Below, piece after piece: positions 18,478-30,008 of a stretch of DNA of 64,000 nucleotides. Source of the DNA: an uncultured Bacilli bacterium (lineage in GTDB: Bacteria; Bacillota_I; Bacilli_A; RF39; UBA660). The notes beneath the pieces are model-generated. The model saw only the letters and a program-made list of their open reading frames with translations. It was not told where the DNA came from and searched no databases. The DNA is taken from positions 11,103 to 75,102 of the forward strand of contig CAKOXI010000003.1 of assembly GCA_934130045.1 (NCBI GenBank), in the 5' to 3' direction. Each line of letters starts with the position of its first letter. Positions within the stretch are counted from its first letter, which is position 1. The translations under genes and the position numbers were made by a program.

Positions 18478-18534
18478 TGTTTTTTTTCTACAATTTTTTT
18501 ATTATAAATAAATTATAATGTAATTGGTGATTGA

Positions 18535-18987
18535 ATGAGAAAATACTATTTATTTATAATAAAAAAGGAATTTTATGAATTATATTTAAAAAACATTGAA
18601 ACATTATATTTTATTCTTGAAAATATATATTATTTAAAAAAAAACGATTTTTCTTTTGGATTTTCAATATATAAACAACTTTGTGAACCATTTAATAAAA
18701 ATGTACTTATAAATTATTTTAATAATAAAAATAAAAGGTATATAAAGAAATTTAATAACAAATTTTTTATTAATGATGTATATGCTGGTGAAAAAAGTTG
18801 TATTCAAATAAATAAATCATGTATAGTTATTAAAACTAAACAAAATCTACCATATGCATTAAAAATATTTAAATGGTATAACAATTATATATTTGTATGT
18901 GATTTTGAAAATAAAGATTACTTCTGGTTAAATAATAATAAATTAAGAAGTAAAATTAAGTTATATGAATATAGTTATATTTATTAA
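18535..18987 (+). CDS. SirA/YneE-like protein (sporulation inhibitor of replication family), tentative
   Basis: 150 aa. The N-terminal YYLFIIKKEF and the C-terminal FVCDFENKDYFWLNN resemble, as I recall them, YYTYLIKEEF and AMDFNSKRYGWLN of B. subtilis SirA. The gene sits between tkt and yneF exactly as in B. subtilis. Confidence 0.5.
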   Translation: MRKYYLFIIKKEFYELYLKNIETLYFILENIYYLKKNDFSFGFSIYKQLCEPFNKNVLINYFNNKNKRYIKKFNNKFFINDVYAGEKSCIQINKSCIVIKTKQNLPYALKIFKWYNNYIFVCDFENKDYFWLNNNKLRSKIKLYEYSYIY

Positions 18988-19056
18988 ATATATTTAATTA
19001 GGACTTGTAAAATAAATATATATTTAGTAAAATACATATAGGAAGGATGATTGTTT

Positions 19057-19284
19057 ATGGATTGGGGACAATTTTTATTAGATTTACTTAAATTTCTTGG
19101 TGGTTTAATTGCAGGTGGTGTTATTGGATTTTTTGTAGCTCGTCATTATATGAAAAAATATATGAAAAAAAATCCTCCTATAAATGAACAAATGATAAAA
19201 GCAATGATGACTCAAATGGGTCGTACACCAAGTCAAAAGCAAGTTAATCAAATGATGAAATCAATGACTAAGTATATGGATTAG
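19057..19284 (+). CDS. yneF: UPF0154 family membrane protein YneF
   Basis: An N-terminal TM segment is followed by [43 protein letters not shown], the hallmark [10 protein letters not shown] block. The ATG at 19057 follows GGAAGGATGA. Confidence 0.85.
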   Translation: MDWGQFLLDLLKFLGGLIAGGVIGFFVARHYMKKYMKKNPPINEQMIKAMMTQMGRTPSQKQVNQMMKSMTKYMD

Positions 19285-19308
19285 TCATTTTTTTAAAGGA
19301 GAAAAAAT

Positions 19309-19926
19309 ATGAAACCAAAAATTGGCGTTGTTTTAAGACCAGACAAAAACATAAGTGAAAAAAATGTTCAAATAATTTATAATAATATTTTTAATGCCTT
19401 AATTGAATATAATTCTTATCCAATGGGAATAATTAATGATATTAAAAGTATGGATATTTTATCTATATATGATGGTTTTGTTTTACAAGGCGGTAATATT
19501 TCTACTGAATTTGACTATGAACTTATAAAATATTGTCATAATAAAAATATACCTCTTTTGGGTATTTGTCTTGGAATGCAAACAATAGGTGAGGTATTTG
19601 GTGGTATTTTAAGAGAAATAAATTCTAGTAATCATAATGTAAAAGATAATTTATTTTTACATGATATAACAATATATAAAAATACAAAATTGTTTGATAT
19701 TGTAAAAGAATATAATATAAATGTTAATAGTAGACATACCTATGAAATAAAAAATCCTAATTTAACAATTAGTGCCCGAAGTAATGATGGAGTAATTGAA
19801 GCAATAGAAGACACTAATAAAAGATTTTTTATAGGATTAGAATGGCACCCCGAAGATATGATTAGTTATGATGATTATAGTAAAAAAATATTTAAAAGTT
19901 TTATAAATGAATGCAAAAACCATTAA
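19309..19926 (+). CDS. Class I glutamine amidotransferase-like, peptidase C26 (gamma-glutamyl hydrolase) family
   Basis: LLGICLGMQ is the nucleophile elbow, and GLEWHPE holds the His/Glu. Confidence 0.75.
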   Translation: MKPKIGVVLRPDKNISEKNVQIIYNNIFNALIEYNSYPMGIINDIKSMDILSIYDGFVLQGGNISTEFDYELIKYCHNKNIPLLGICLGMQTIGEVFGGILREINSSNHNVKDNLFLHDITIYKNTKLFDIVKEYNINVNSRHTYEIKNPNLTISARSNDGVIEAIEDTNKRFFIGLEWHPEDMISYDDYSKKIFKSFINECKNH

Positions 19927-20552
19927 CGTGTTTTAGTTAATGGTTTTTTTATAGTATCTGTATATTCATTATATAAATCTTTATTTTTATAAAATATTTG
20001 ACTAGTTCTATTTATTATAACATCTAAATCATAAATATTATGAAATTTAAGAAAGTATGTAATTAAATTTTGAAATTCTACCTTATTTTGCTTAATGTAT
20101 ATATTTAAATAAATTTTTCTTTGTAGATTTTTATTTTCACAATTTAAATTATCAAAATATGTTAAATTGTTTAATAAATTGTCTATTAAATAAAATCCTA
20201 AGCTATTTTTTAAGAATAATATAAATTTTTCATCATCTGGAAAAAGTGCATTTGCTTTGAAAATTTCTTTTTCAATATCATTGTTAAAAGTATATTTTTT
20301 TGAGATTTGTGTAAGATATTCAATTCTTTTATATAATGAACCATTTGAAGGTGAATATCCATTTTTAATCTTTGGTGTTCTTCGCTTACCTTCATTTCTT
20401 TTTTCATATTTTTTAGCTTTATTATATGTATAAATTTCATATGAAGTTAAATTAGAATAGTAGTATAAATTATTAGCATTCTCAGCATTATATTTTAATT
20501 TATCAAATTTTTCATCAGAAATTTTTTCAAAATCCTCTTTAAATAACATCAT
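19923..20552 (-). CDS. Hypothetical protein, tandem paralog A (209 aa)
   Basis: The C-terminal half aligns with the neighbouring ORF: QRKIYLNIYIKQNKVEFQNLITYF...LYNEYTDTIKK against QKKIYYNHFMKKNSLQIKQLINYM...LYEEYLNTNKK. Confidence 0.6.
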   Translation of the reverse strand: MMLFKEDFEKISDEKFDKLKYNAENANNLYYYSNLTSYEIYTYNKAKKYEKRNEGKRRTPKIKNGYSPSNGSLYKRIEYLTQISKKYTFNNDIEKEIFKANALFPDDEKFILFLKNSLGFYLIDNLLNNLTYFDNLNCENKNLQRKIYLNIYIKQNKVEFQNLITYFLKFHNIYDLDVIINRTSQIFYKNKDLYNEYTDTIKKPLTKTR

Positions 20553-20555
20553 AGT

Positions 20556-21179
20556 TTATTTCCCCTTTTTAACTAATTTTTTATTGGTATTTAAATATTC
20601 TTCATATAGTTCAGGTTGAAAATTATTAATAAGTATCAATTTACTTAAAATAATATTAACATCATGTTTGCCATAAAAGTAACTCATATAGTTTATTAAT
20701 TGCTTTATTTGTAAACTATTTTTTTTCATAAAATGATTATAATAAATTTTCTTTTGAAATAATCGTTTATTGTAGTCATTGCTAAATTCTTTATCAATAT
20801 AATTTATATTTTCAACAAAGTCGTTAAGTATATTTAATACACCAAAATTATTTAATATTTTTAATAAATCTTCAGAACTGTTATATACTGATTCACATAA
20901 AAAGTAAGTTTTTTCAAAATCATTTTCTAATAAAAAACTTTTTGAATTAGATTTATAAATCATTTGATTTTCTAATGTACCAGTAGAACTATAATTACTA
21001 GTTCGTTTTTTTAATTTTTTTTGACATTTCCAATAAACATTAATAGTTTCTGTATAGTCACAAGCATTATAATTTTTACGTGTAAAAAAATTTATGTATT
21101 CATTATCAGCATATTTTTTGATTTCTTCAAGTCTTTCTTTTGGAATAGTATTAAAATCATTTATTGAATAAAAATTCAT
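20556..21179 (-). CDS. Hypothetical protein, tandem paralog B (207 aa)
   Basis: The start is set at MNFYSINDF (21179), which follows GGGGGAA. The track ORF extends to 21239. It is paralogous to 19923-20552. Confidence 0.6.
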   Translation of the reverse strand: MNFYSINDFNTIPKERLEEIKKYADNEYINFFTRKNYNACDYTETINVYWKCQKKLKKRTSNYSSTGTLENQMIYKSNSKSFLLENDFEKTYFLCESVYNSSEDLLKILNNFGVLNILNDFVENINYIDKEFSNDYNKRLFQKKIYYNHFMKKNSLQIKQLINYMSYFYGKHDVNIILSKLILINNFQPELYEEYLNTNKKLVKKGK

Positions 21180-21270
21180 ATAAATTCCCCCTTTTTGTTG
21201 AAATATTATACTATATATTTTAAATAAGTCAATATTCAAATATTGAAAAATGTTAAAAAATAATATATAA

Positions 21271-22397
<1,127 letters not shown>

Positions 22398-22398
<1 letters not shown>

Positions 22399-23504
22399 TG
22401 CAAAATATTTTTAATTATATAAAAAATTTTGGACATTTATCTTTTGAGGAAGAACCATTTAATGATGTTGATAATTTAGTTTTTGCTGCCTTATCTTATG
22501 TTGATTATAATTCAAATTTTATGCTTTCACATAGTAGGGCAACTATAGAAGAAACTGCAAATGATTATTTTTTAAATCATGATAAAAAGCTTATTTCTAA
22601 AAATATTACTGCGGTAAGACAAGCAATTAAAATATTAAGTGAAATTAAAGATACAAAAAGATACAAATCAATATTTATTACAAATTATATATATGTTGGT
22701 GATAAATCAATTCAATTTTGTGCTATGACATTTGAAATAAAGAAAAATTTATATTATGTTTCATTTGAAGGAACTGATCACTTGATTAGCGGTTGGAAAG
22801 AAGATTTTCAAATGGCATATATGTTTCCAGTTCCTGCTCAAAAAATGGCAATTGATTATTTAAATAAAACAATAAAAAAAATAGGAGCAAAATATATTGT
22901 AGGTGGACACTCTAAAGGTGGCAACTTAGCTATTACATCAAGTATGTATTGTCATTTTTGGATAAGAAACAAAATTATAAAAGTTTATAATAATGATGGA
23001 CCAGGATTAAGAAAAAAACAAATCGAATCTAAAAATTATAAAAAGATAGAAAAAAAACTATCTTATATAATTCCAAATTATAGTTTTGTTGGTTTATTAC
23101 TTAGACATACGGATAATTATCAAGTGGTTTATTCTTATGAAAAAGGAATTTTAGCTCATGATTTAACAAATTGGAAAATTGATGGTAAATCCTTTGTACC
23201 AGCTAAACTTAGTTTTTTAAGTAAAGAACTAGATTTAATAATTATAAAATGGCTTGATAAATATAATGATATGGAAAGAAAAAAATTTGTAGATTCATTA
23301 TTTGACGTATGTACAAGAGCTGATATAAATAATTTAATTGATATCAAATCATCTAAATTTAATAATTTAATAAAAATTATTAAGGAAACAAAAAACATGA
23401 ATCAAGAAACAAAAAGAATGATAATTGATTTGTTTAAATTTATTTTAAAATTTTGTTCAATTGATCTAAAAAATCAAATATTTTCAAAAAAAGAAGAATT
23501 ATAA
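22398..23504 (+). CDS. Mbeg1-like / DUF2974 alpha/beta-hydrolase (lipase-like) protein
   Basis: FEGTDHLISGWKEDF and the nucleophile elbow GGHSKGGNLA are present. Confidence 0.7.
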
Positions 23505-23539
23505 GAAAACTTTAATTTTTAATAATTATTAGTTATCTT

Positions 23540-24817
23540 TTAATTCTTTTTTATTTTATCTTTTAATTTTAAGAGTGAATAAATATTTATAATTGCCAAT
23601 ATTGCTATTAATATATCAACTATATTCCATAATTTTTTTGAAGATATTATACAACCAATAAATAGAAAAATTAATGTTATTATTTTTGCAATAAATAATT
23701 TTGTATTACTAATATTATTATTGAAAAATTTTAAATTAGATTCTATGTAATAATATCCTGTTAAAATAGTAGAGAAAGCAAATAAAATTATAGAAATAAT
23801 AATTAATATATTTCCAAATATTCCTAAGTGATAATTAAAAGCATATTGAGTAATTTCAATTCCATTAACATCAAAAAAATTGATACTGCTATAATCTGAT
23901 GTTGCAATAATAATTGCAGTAGAAGTACAAATGAGGAATGTTGCTATATAAACACCTAACATTTGTACATAACCTGCTTTATAAGGCTCATTAGTATTAA
24001 TAGTTGATGATGCAATACTACCAGTTCCTAGTCCTGATTCATTTGCAAAAATACCTCTTTGAATACCTATAATTAATGTTGTTATAAAACCTGTAGTAAA
24101 AGATTTGATATTAAATGCATTTTTAAAAATGGATATAAAAATGTCTGGAATTATATTAATATTGTTAACAATTATATAAATAGCAATAATTAAATATAAT
24201 AAAGTCATTAATGGGACAATTTTATTTGATGCCTTACTGATTTTTTTTATTCCACCAAAAATTATAATTGCTGAAAAAAAGCAAAGTATAAGTCCAATAA
24301 TGATTGGGTTTATATAAGTAATTTCATTTATAGATTTTGTTATTGTATTAGCTTGAATCGGAATAAAACCAAATAAATAGCAACTTATTATTATAATTGC
24401 GCAAATATATGCTAAAATGTTTTTTTTCAAACCATTTTTAATATAATAACTAGGTCCACCTTTAAAAATATTTTCTTCGTCTATTTCATTATAAACTATT
24501 CCTACATATGTTTCTGCATATGTGTTAGCAGCTGAAATAAGTGCTATAATCCACATCCAAAAAATAGTTCCTAATCCACCTATATAAATTGCCAATGCAA
24601 CTCCAGCAATACTTCCAACTCCAATTTTCCCTGCTAATGTTAACATTAATGTTGAGAATGAGTTTAAACCTTTTTTGTTTTCTTTTTTAAAAGTGTATTT
24701 GATTATTTTTTTTAAATCAAATTGTATAAATTTTAGTTTAAATGAAAAATAAATACCTGCCCATATAATAAATGCTGTAGCTACTCCCCATAATATTTTA
24801 TTTGTAATTTCAATCAT
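23540..24817 (-). CDS. Alanine/glycine:cation symporter (AGCS) family transporter
   Basis: LAGKIGVGSIAGVALAIYIGGLGTIFWMW, GGPSYYIKNGL and ESGLGTGSIASS are present. Confidence 0.85.
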   Translation of the reverse strand: MIEITNKILWGVATAFIIWAGIYFSFKLKFIQFDLKKIIKYTFKKENKKGLNSFSTLMLTLAGKIGVGSIAGVALAIYIGGLGTIFWMWIIALISAANTYAETYVGIVYNEIDEENIFKGGPSYYIKNGLKKNILAYICAIIIISCYLFGFIPIQANTITKSINEITYINPIIIGLILCFFSAIIIFGGIKKISKASNKIVPLMTLLYLIIAIYIIVNNINIIPDIFISIFKNAFNIKSFTTGFITTLIIGIQRGIFANESGLGTGSIASSTINTNEPYKAGYVQMLGVYIATFLICTSTAIIIATSDYSSINFFDVNGIEITQYAFNYHLGIFGNILIIISIILFAFSTILTGYYYIESNLKFFNNNISNTKLFIAKIITLIFLFIGCIISSKKLWNIVDILIAILAIINIYSLLKLKDKIKKN

Positions 24818-24948
24818 AATATCATCCTTTATTATAAATAAATATATTCAAATAAATACTATTTATATTAAAAAATGATAAATTTTTATAAAACTATTAA
24901 TTTTTTTATTATTTAATGATAAAATGTAGATAGTTAGGAAGTGGTAAG

Positions 24949-26499
24949 ATGGATAGGGATAAGAATAAACAGAATATTTTTCAAATATGTCTTAAGTCAA
25001 TAATTTTCATTTTATTACTTATAATTCAAATTTTTATTCTAATACTACTTTATAAAGGAACAAGTATTTTATCTCTTTATGCAGAATTTGCTTTTGATAT
25101 TATTAAAATATGTTCAATTATTTATATAGTATATAAACCTATTAATCCATCATATAAAATAATTTGGATTATATTAATGGCTGTTTTTCCTGTATTAGGA
25201 ATAGTTTTATATATACTTTGGGGTAATTCTAGTATACCGTTAAAATTGAAAAAAAATTTATTAAATAATAAAGTTGATGCTGAAAAGTTTTTGAAATTAA
25301 GAACTGAAGATTATCTTATTTTGAAAGAAATGGATATATATAAATATAAACAAGCATGTTTTTTAACTAATGTATCCGATTATCCATTGTTTAGAAGTAA
25401 TAAAATAGAATATTTAAATGTTGGTGAAAATTATTTTGAACAATTGATAAATGATTTGAAAAAAGCAGAAAAATATATTTTGATAGAATATTTTATTATT
25501 TCTAAAGGTGAAATGTGGGATAAAATTTTTGAAATTCTAAAGGAAAAAAGTAAGCAAGGTGTCAAAATATATATAATAACTGATCATATGGGAAGTTTAT
25601 TTAGATTACCTTTAGATTATAAGGAAAACTTTAATTTGGATAATATTAAAACTAAAATTTTTAATCCAATAGTTCCATTTTTTTCAATTCATCAAAATCA
25701 TAGAGATCATAGAAAAATTACTGTTGTTGATGGTAGAGTAGCATATACTGGTGGAATTAATATAGGAGATGAGTATATAAATAAAACTCATAAGTTAGGT
25801 CATTGGAAGGATTTTGGTGTAAAAGTTACTGGTAAAGCGGTAAATAATTTTGTAATAATGTTTTTAAAAATGTGGAATTCTGATTTAAAAGAGAATCATT
25901 TAAAATATGAAAATTTCATTGAAGAAGAACCAAATTATCCAAATGATGATAATGGCTTTATATTGCCATTTTCAGATAGTCCTATGAATAAAAAAAATCC
26001 TGCTGAAAATACATATATTAATATGATTAATAACGCAAAAAAAAGTATATATATAACAACTCCTTATTTAATTTTAGATAATGAGATGATAACTTCTTTA
26101 ACTAATGCTGCATATAGCGGAATTGATGTAAGAATTATTATTCCTCACATTCCAGATAAAAGAATTGTTTTTGCATTATCAAGATCGTTTTATGATAAAT
26201 TATTAAAATCAGGTGTAAAAATATATGAGTATTCAAGTGGATTTATACATGGTAAGGCATGCATAGTAGATTCAGAAGTTGCAGTAGTTGGAAGTATAAA
26301 TTTTGATTTTAGAAGTTTATATCTTCACTATGAATGTGGTGTTTGGTTTTACAATACAGGAACTGAAAAGAAAGTACAAGATGATTTTTTATTAACACAA
26401 GAAAAATCTATACAAATAAAATATGAAAATTGGAAAAAAAGATCTATTTTTAAAAAGATTATTGAAGCAATATTAGTTACAATTGCACCATTATTATAA
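24949..26499 (+). CDS. cls: Cardiolipin synthase
   Basis: N-terminal TM segments are followed by two HKD motifs, HRKITVVDGRVAYTGGINIGDEY and HGKACIVDSEVAVVGSINFDFRS. Confidence 0.9.
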   Translation: MDRDKNKQNIFQICLKSIIFILLLIIQIFILILLYKGTSILSLYAEFAFDIIKICSIIYIVYKPINPSYKIIWIILMAVFPVLGIVLYILWGNSSIPLKLKKNLLNNKVDAEKFLKLRTEDYLILKEMDIYKYKQACFLTNVSDYPLFRSNKIEYLNVGENYFEQLINDLKKAEKYILIEYFIISKGEMWDKIFEILKEKSKQGVKIYIITDHMGSLFRLPLDYKENFNLDNIKTKIFNPIVPFFSIHQNHRDHRKITVVDGRVAYTGGINIGDEYINKTHKLGHWKDFGVKVTGKAVNNFVIMFLKMWNSDLKENHLKYENFIEEEPNYPNDDNGFILPFSDSPMNKKNPAENTYINMINNAKKSIYITTPYLILDNEMITSLTNAAYSGIDVRIIIPHIPDKRIVFALSRSFYDKLLKSGVKIYEYSSGFIHGKACIVDSEVAVVGSINFDFRSLYLHYECGVWFYNTGTEKKVQDDFLLTQEKSIQIKYENWKKRSIFKKIIEAILVTIAPLL

Positions 26500-26512
26500 A
26501 GGAGGAAACAAA

Positions 26513-26710
26513 ATGGGTTTAAGATTTCATAAAACAATAAAATTAGGTCCAATAAATATTAATTTAAGTAAAAGTGGAGTTGGATTTAGTGTAGGTACTA
26601 AAGGAGCTAGAGTAGGAAGAACTGCAAAAGGTAATATTCGTACATCTGTAGGAATACCTGGTACCGGTATTTCTTATGTTACAGAAAAAAGTACAAAAAA
26701 GAAAAAATAA
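26513..26710 (+). CDS. DUF4236 domain protein
   Basis: MGLRFHKTIKLGPININLSKSGVGFSVG matches the family pattern. AGGAGG lies 7 nt before the ATG at 26513. Confidence 0.65.
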   Translation: MGLRFHKTIKLGPININLSKSGVGFSVGTKGARVGRTAKGNIRTSVGIPGTGISYVTEKSTKKKK

Positions 26711-26856
26711 TAAAGTTTTATTTTGCTAGTTGTTTAAACTGTATAGTATATATATAAATAAGTTAATAAGTAAAAAAATGTATTAGTCAAAAATAAATAG
26801 TATTTGAATAATTTATCTCTTTTTAAATCAATATAGATTTGAAAGGAGATTTTTTT

Positions 26857-27633
26857 ATGTCGCGTCATAAAGTGGAAATATGTGGCGTGAATACTGCAAA
26901 TATAAAAGTTTTATCAAATTCTGAAATGGTTGAGTTATTTAGTAGATATCAAAATGGAGATTGTTTTGCTAAAGAGCAATTAATTAATGGTAACTTAAAA
27001 TTAGTATTATCTATATTAAAAAATTATAATAATAGAACTGATAATATGGATGATTTATTTCAAGTTGGATGTGTAGGATTAATTAAAGCAATTGATAATT
27101 TTGATTTATCACATGATGTAAAATTTTCAACATATGCGGTTCCTATGATATTAGGGGAAGTAAAGAGATATTTAAGAGATAATAATAGTGTAAGAATAGC
27201 AAGAAGCATAAAAGATATTGCTTATAAATCGCTTAAAATTAAAGAAAGATTAACAAATGAATATGGAAAGGAACCAACTATTGATAAAATCGCTGAAGAA
27301 TTAAACTTACCTGTATATGATGTTAGTAATGCTATAGAATCAATGAAGGATACTATTAGTATGTATGAACCTATCTATAATGATGGTGGTGATACTATTT
27401 ATTTAGCTGATCAATTAGCTGATAAAAAAGATTCTTATTATGATAAAGATTTAAAAATTTCATTAAATGATGCAATTAATAATCTTAAAGAAAAAGAAAA
27501 ATATATCTTAATTGAAAGATATATTATTGGTAAAACTCAAATGGAATTATCGGAAGAATTAGGTATTTCTCAAGCACAAATATCTAGATTAGAAAAAAGT
27601 GGGTTAAGTAATATTAAAAAAATGATAACTTAA
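26857..27633 (+). CDS. sigG: RNA polymerase sporulation sigma factor SigG
   Basis: MSRHKVEICGVNT...NGNLKLVLSIL...DDLFQVGCVGLIKAIDNFDLSHDVKFSTYAVPMILGEVKRYLRDNN closely parallels B. subtilis SigG. The ATG at 26857 follows AAGGAG. Confidence 0.85.
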   Translation: MSRHKVEICGVNTANIKVLSNSEMVELFSRYQNGDCFAKEQLINGNLKLVLSILKNYNNRTDNMDDLFQVGCVGLIKAIDNFDLSHDVKFSTYAVPMILGEVKRYLRDNNSVRIARSIKDIAYKSLKIKERLTNEYGKEPTIDKIAEELNLPVYDVSNAIESMKDTISMYEPIYNDGGDTIYLADQLADKKDSYYDKDLKISLNDAINNLKEKEKYILIERYIIGKTQMELSEELGISQAQISRLEKSGLSNIKKMIT

Positions 27634-27698
27634 AAAGAAAGCAAGGTTTTCTTTTTCATATAAAATTTTAAATTAAATATAATATTTTAGGTGGTTTT

Positions 27699-27929
27699 AT
27701 GCGCTTATCAGATCTTCAAAGTAAAGATGTAATAAATATTACTGATGGAAAAAAGGTTGGTAATATCATTGATATTTTAATCGAAAATAATGGTCAAATG
27801 ACTACACTTATTGTAGAAAAGTCAAAATTTTTTGTTTCTATGTTTTCTAATAAGAATGAGATTGAAATTAAATGGAATCAAATAGAAAAAATAGGTGAAG
27901 ATGTTATTTTAGTTTCTATTAATATTTGA
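27699..27929 (+). CDS. YlmC/YmxH family sporulation protein (PRC-barrel)
   Basis: MRLSDLQSKDVINITDGKKVGNIIDILIE is the typical family N-terminus. 76 aa. Confidence 0.8.
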   Translation: MRLSDLQSKDVINITDGKKVGNIIDILIENNGQMTTLIVEKSKFFVSMFSNKNEIEIKWNQIEKIGEDVILVSINI

Positions 27930-28943
27930 TTCATCATATACTTGTTGATAAAAGTCTTCCCACATCTTTAAAACATTTTCCCTGCTATAAAATTCATTTA
28001 TTGCTTTTGATTTTAATTCGCCAATGTGATATAAGTCTTTATCATTTTTTATTTTAGTTATTATATCTACAAATTCATCATTGCTTGTACCTTTAAAATA
28101 ATTATCAAATAATATTACTTTATATAAATCTAGGTCTCTTAAAAGAATTGGAATTTCAGTATTAGAAGTTTCTAATATAGTCATAGGAAACAATTCATTA
28201 TATGAAGGTAAGAAAAATAAATCTGCCATATTATATATATCATTCATTTCTTCTCTTGGAATAATACCTAAAAATTTAACATTCTGAGGTGGATTATCCA
28301 TTATTTGTTTAAGCTCATTATATCCATCCGTAATTTTTCCAAAAGAGAATCCACCACACCATATAAATTCAATATCAGGTAATTTTTTTGCAACTTCAAT
28401 AAAATCTTTAACACCTTTTCTAGTTTGAACTTGTCCAGCTCCAACAACTACAAATTTATTATTTTCTATACCGTATTTTTTTCGTATTAATTTTTTTTCA
28501 TTTGAATTTTTTTTGAAAAATTTATCTTTAGAAACAAAGTTTGGAATATATTTGATTTTTTTCTCATCTATTTTATATTTTTTTAGATCTTCAATAAAAA
28601 TAGGATTAACTACAACTAAATAATCAGCACTATTATAAAAACTAATAACATATTTTTTAAATATATTAAAAATAAATTTGGGCAATTTTATTGATTCATC
28701 GAGTGTATGTGGTAAAAAATGTACATAAGCAACATTAGGACATTTACTTAATTTCATTTTTATATAATAATTAGGATTTATTGTGTGATGATGAATTATA
28801 TCTGGTTTACATTTTTTATTAGTATATATATCTAATTTGCTTGATTCTTTTACAAGCGAAATTTGTTCTAAATAAGCACTGCCGACACCTTGACCTGCAA
28901 CTGCATCAGCACTTGATAACATTTGAATTTTTAACTTTTTCAT
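27909..28943 (-). CDS. Glycosyltransferase family 4 (possibly a glycolipid/diacylglycerol glycosyltransferase)
   Basis: MKKLKIQMLSSADAVAGQGVGSAYLEQ at the N-terminus and the C-terminal GT-B block ADLFFLPSYNELFPMTILE are present. The start is set at 28943; the track extends to 28991. Confidence 0.75.
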   Translation of the reverse strand: MKKLKIQMLSSADAVAGQGVGSAYLEQISLVKESSKLDIYTNKKCKPDIIHHHTINPNYYIKMKLSKCPNVAYVHFLPHTLDESIKLPKFIFNIFKKYVISFYNSADYLVVVNPIFIEDLKKYKIDEKKIKYIPNFVSKDKFFKKNSNEKKLIRKKYGIENNKFVVVGAGQVQTRKGVKDFIEVAKKLPDIEFIWCGGFSFGKITDGYNELKQIMDNPPQNVKFLGIIPREEMNDIYNMADLFFLPSYNELFPMTILETSNTEIPILLRDLDLYKVILFDNYFKGTSNDEFVDIITKIKNDKDLYHIGELKSKAINEFYSRENVLKMWEDFYQQVYDESNINRN

Positions 28944-29061
28944 ATAACACATCCTTAGAAAAATTATAGCACTATTAAAATTTATAGTCAATTTTGAGTA
29001 AATATCTATACTAAAAAAATATATTATGATATAATTATTTGTAATGTAGAAAGAGGTATGT

Positions 29062-29907
29062 ATGAATAATTTATTTTTAATTATAAAAGGTTTTTTTATA
29101 GGTATTGCAAATATAATTCCAGGTGTAAGTGGGGGAACACTAGCGCTTACTTTAGGAATTTATGAAAAATTAATAGGATGTATTAGTCATTTGTTTAAAA
29201 ATTTAAAGGAAAATATAAAATTTTTAATTCCAATTGCAATAGGAGCAGTTATAGCTATATTATCCATGAGTCATTTAATTAGTTTTTCATTGGAACATTA
29301 TGTGTTACCCACAATATTGTTTTTTATAGGAGCTATACTAGGTGGGGTGCCAATGCTTTTAAAAAAAGTTAAAGGTAAACCAGTAACTATATCTAATATT
29401 TTAATTTTTTTAATAACATTTAGTATAGTCATATTACTATTATTATTTAATAGTGAGAATGAAATTAGTTTTTCTAATATGTCGGTAACTGATTATATAA
29501 TGTTATTTATAGTTGGCATAATCGCATCAGCTACTATGGTAATACCAGGTGTAAGCGGTTCAGCAGTACTAATGACAATAGGTTATTATCAACCTATTAT
29601 AAATACAATAAAAGATTTGACAAAATTTACGAATATTGTATCAAATTTATTTATTTTAATTCCTTTTGGAATTGGAGTAATTGTAGGTATTCTTTTAATT
29701 GCTAAAGTATTAGAATATTTATTTAAAAATTTTGAAACTAAAACATATTATGGAGTATTTGGATTTATCTTTTCTTCCATAATAGCTATAATATTTCAAA
29801 ATTTAGTTTCTAATAATAATTTTGTTTTTAGTATTCCTTCTTTAATAATTGGAATTATATTGTTTATTTTAGGATTTGTAGTTGCTTATAAATTGGGTGA
29901 TAAATAA
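29062..29907 (+). CDS. DUF368 family membrane protein (PopT-type candidate undecaprenyl-phosphate translocase), paralog 2
   Basis: ANIIPGVSGGTLALTLGIYEKLI and MVIPGVSGSAVLMTIGYYQ are the internally repeated DUF368 signature. Confidence 0.8.
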   Translation: MNNLFLIIKGFFIGIANIIPGVSGGTLALTLGIYEKLIGCISHLFKNLKENIKFLIPIAIGAVIAILSMSHLISFSLEHYVLPTILFFIGAILGGVPMLLKKVKGKPVTISNILIFLITFSIVILLLLFNSENEISFSNMSVTDYIMLFIVGIIASATMVIPGVSGSAVLMTIGYYQPIINTIKDLTKFTNIVSNLFILIPFGIGVIVGILLIAKVLEYLFKNFETKTYYGVFGFIFSSIIAIIFQNLVSNNNFVFSIPSLIIGIILFILGFVVAYKLGDK

Positions 29908-30008
29908 GATTTGTTTTTAAATCTTATTTTCTTTTTTAAAGTGATATTCTAAAATAAATATATATGTGATATACTTATAATGAAATAATCTTATATAGGG
30001 GTGATTAA

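Noticed and set aside
26711-26856. A SigF/SigG-type forespore promoter upstream of sigG.
   Set aside because: I could not find a convincing GxATA-type -35 with a properly spaced CATxxTA -10, so no promoter call was made.
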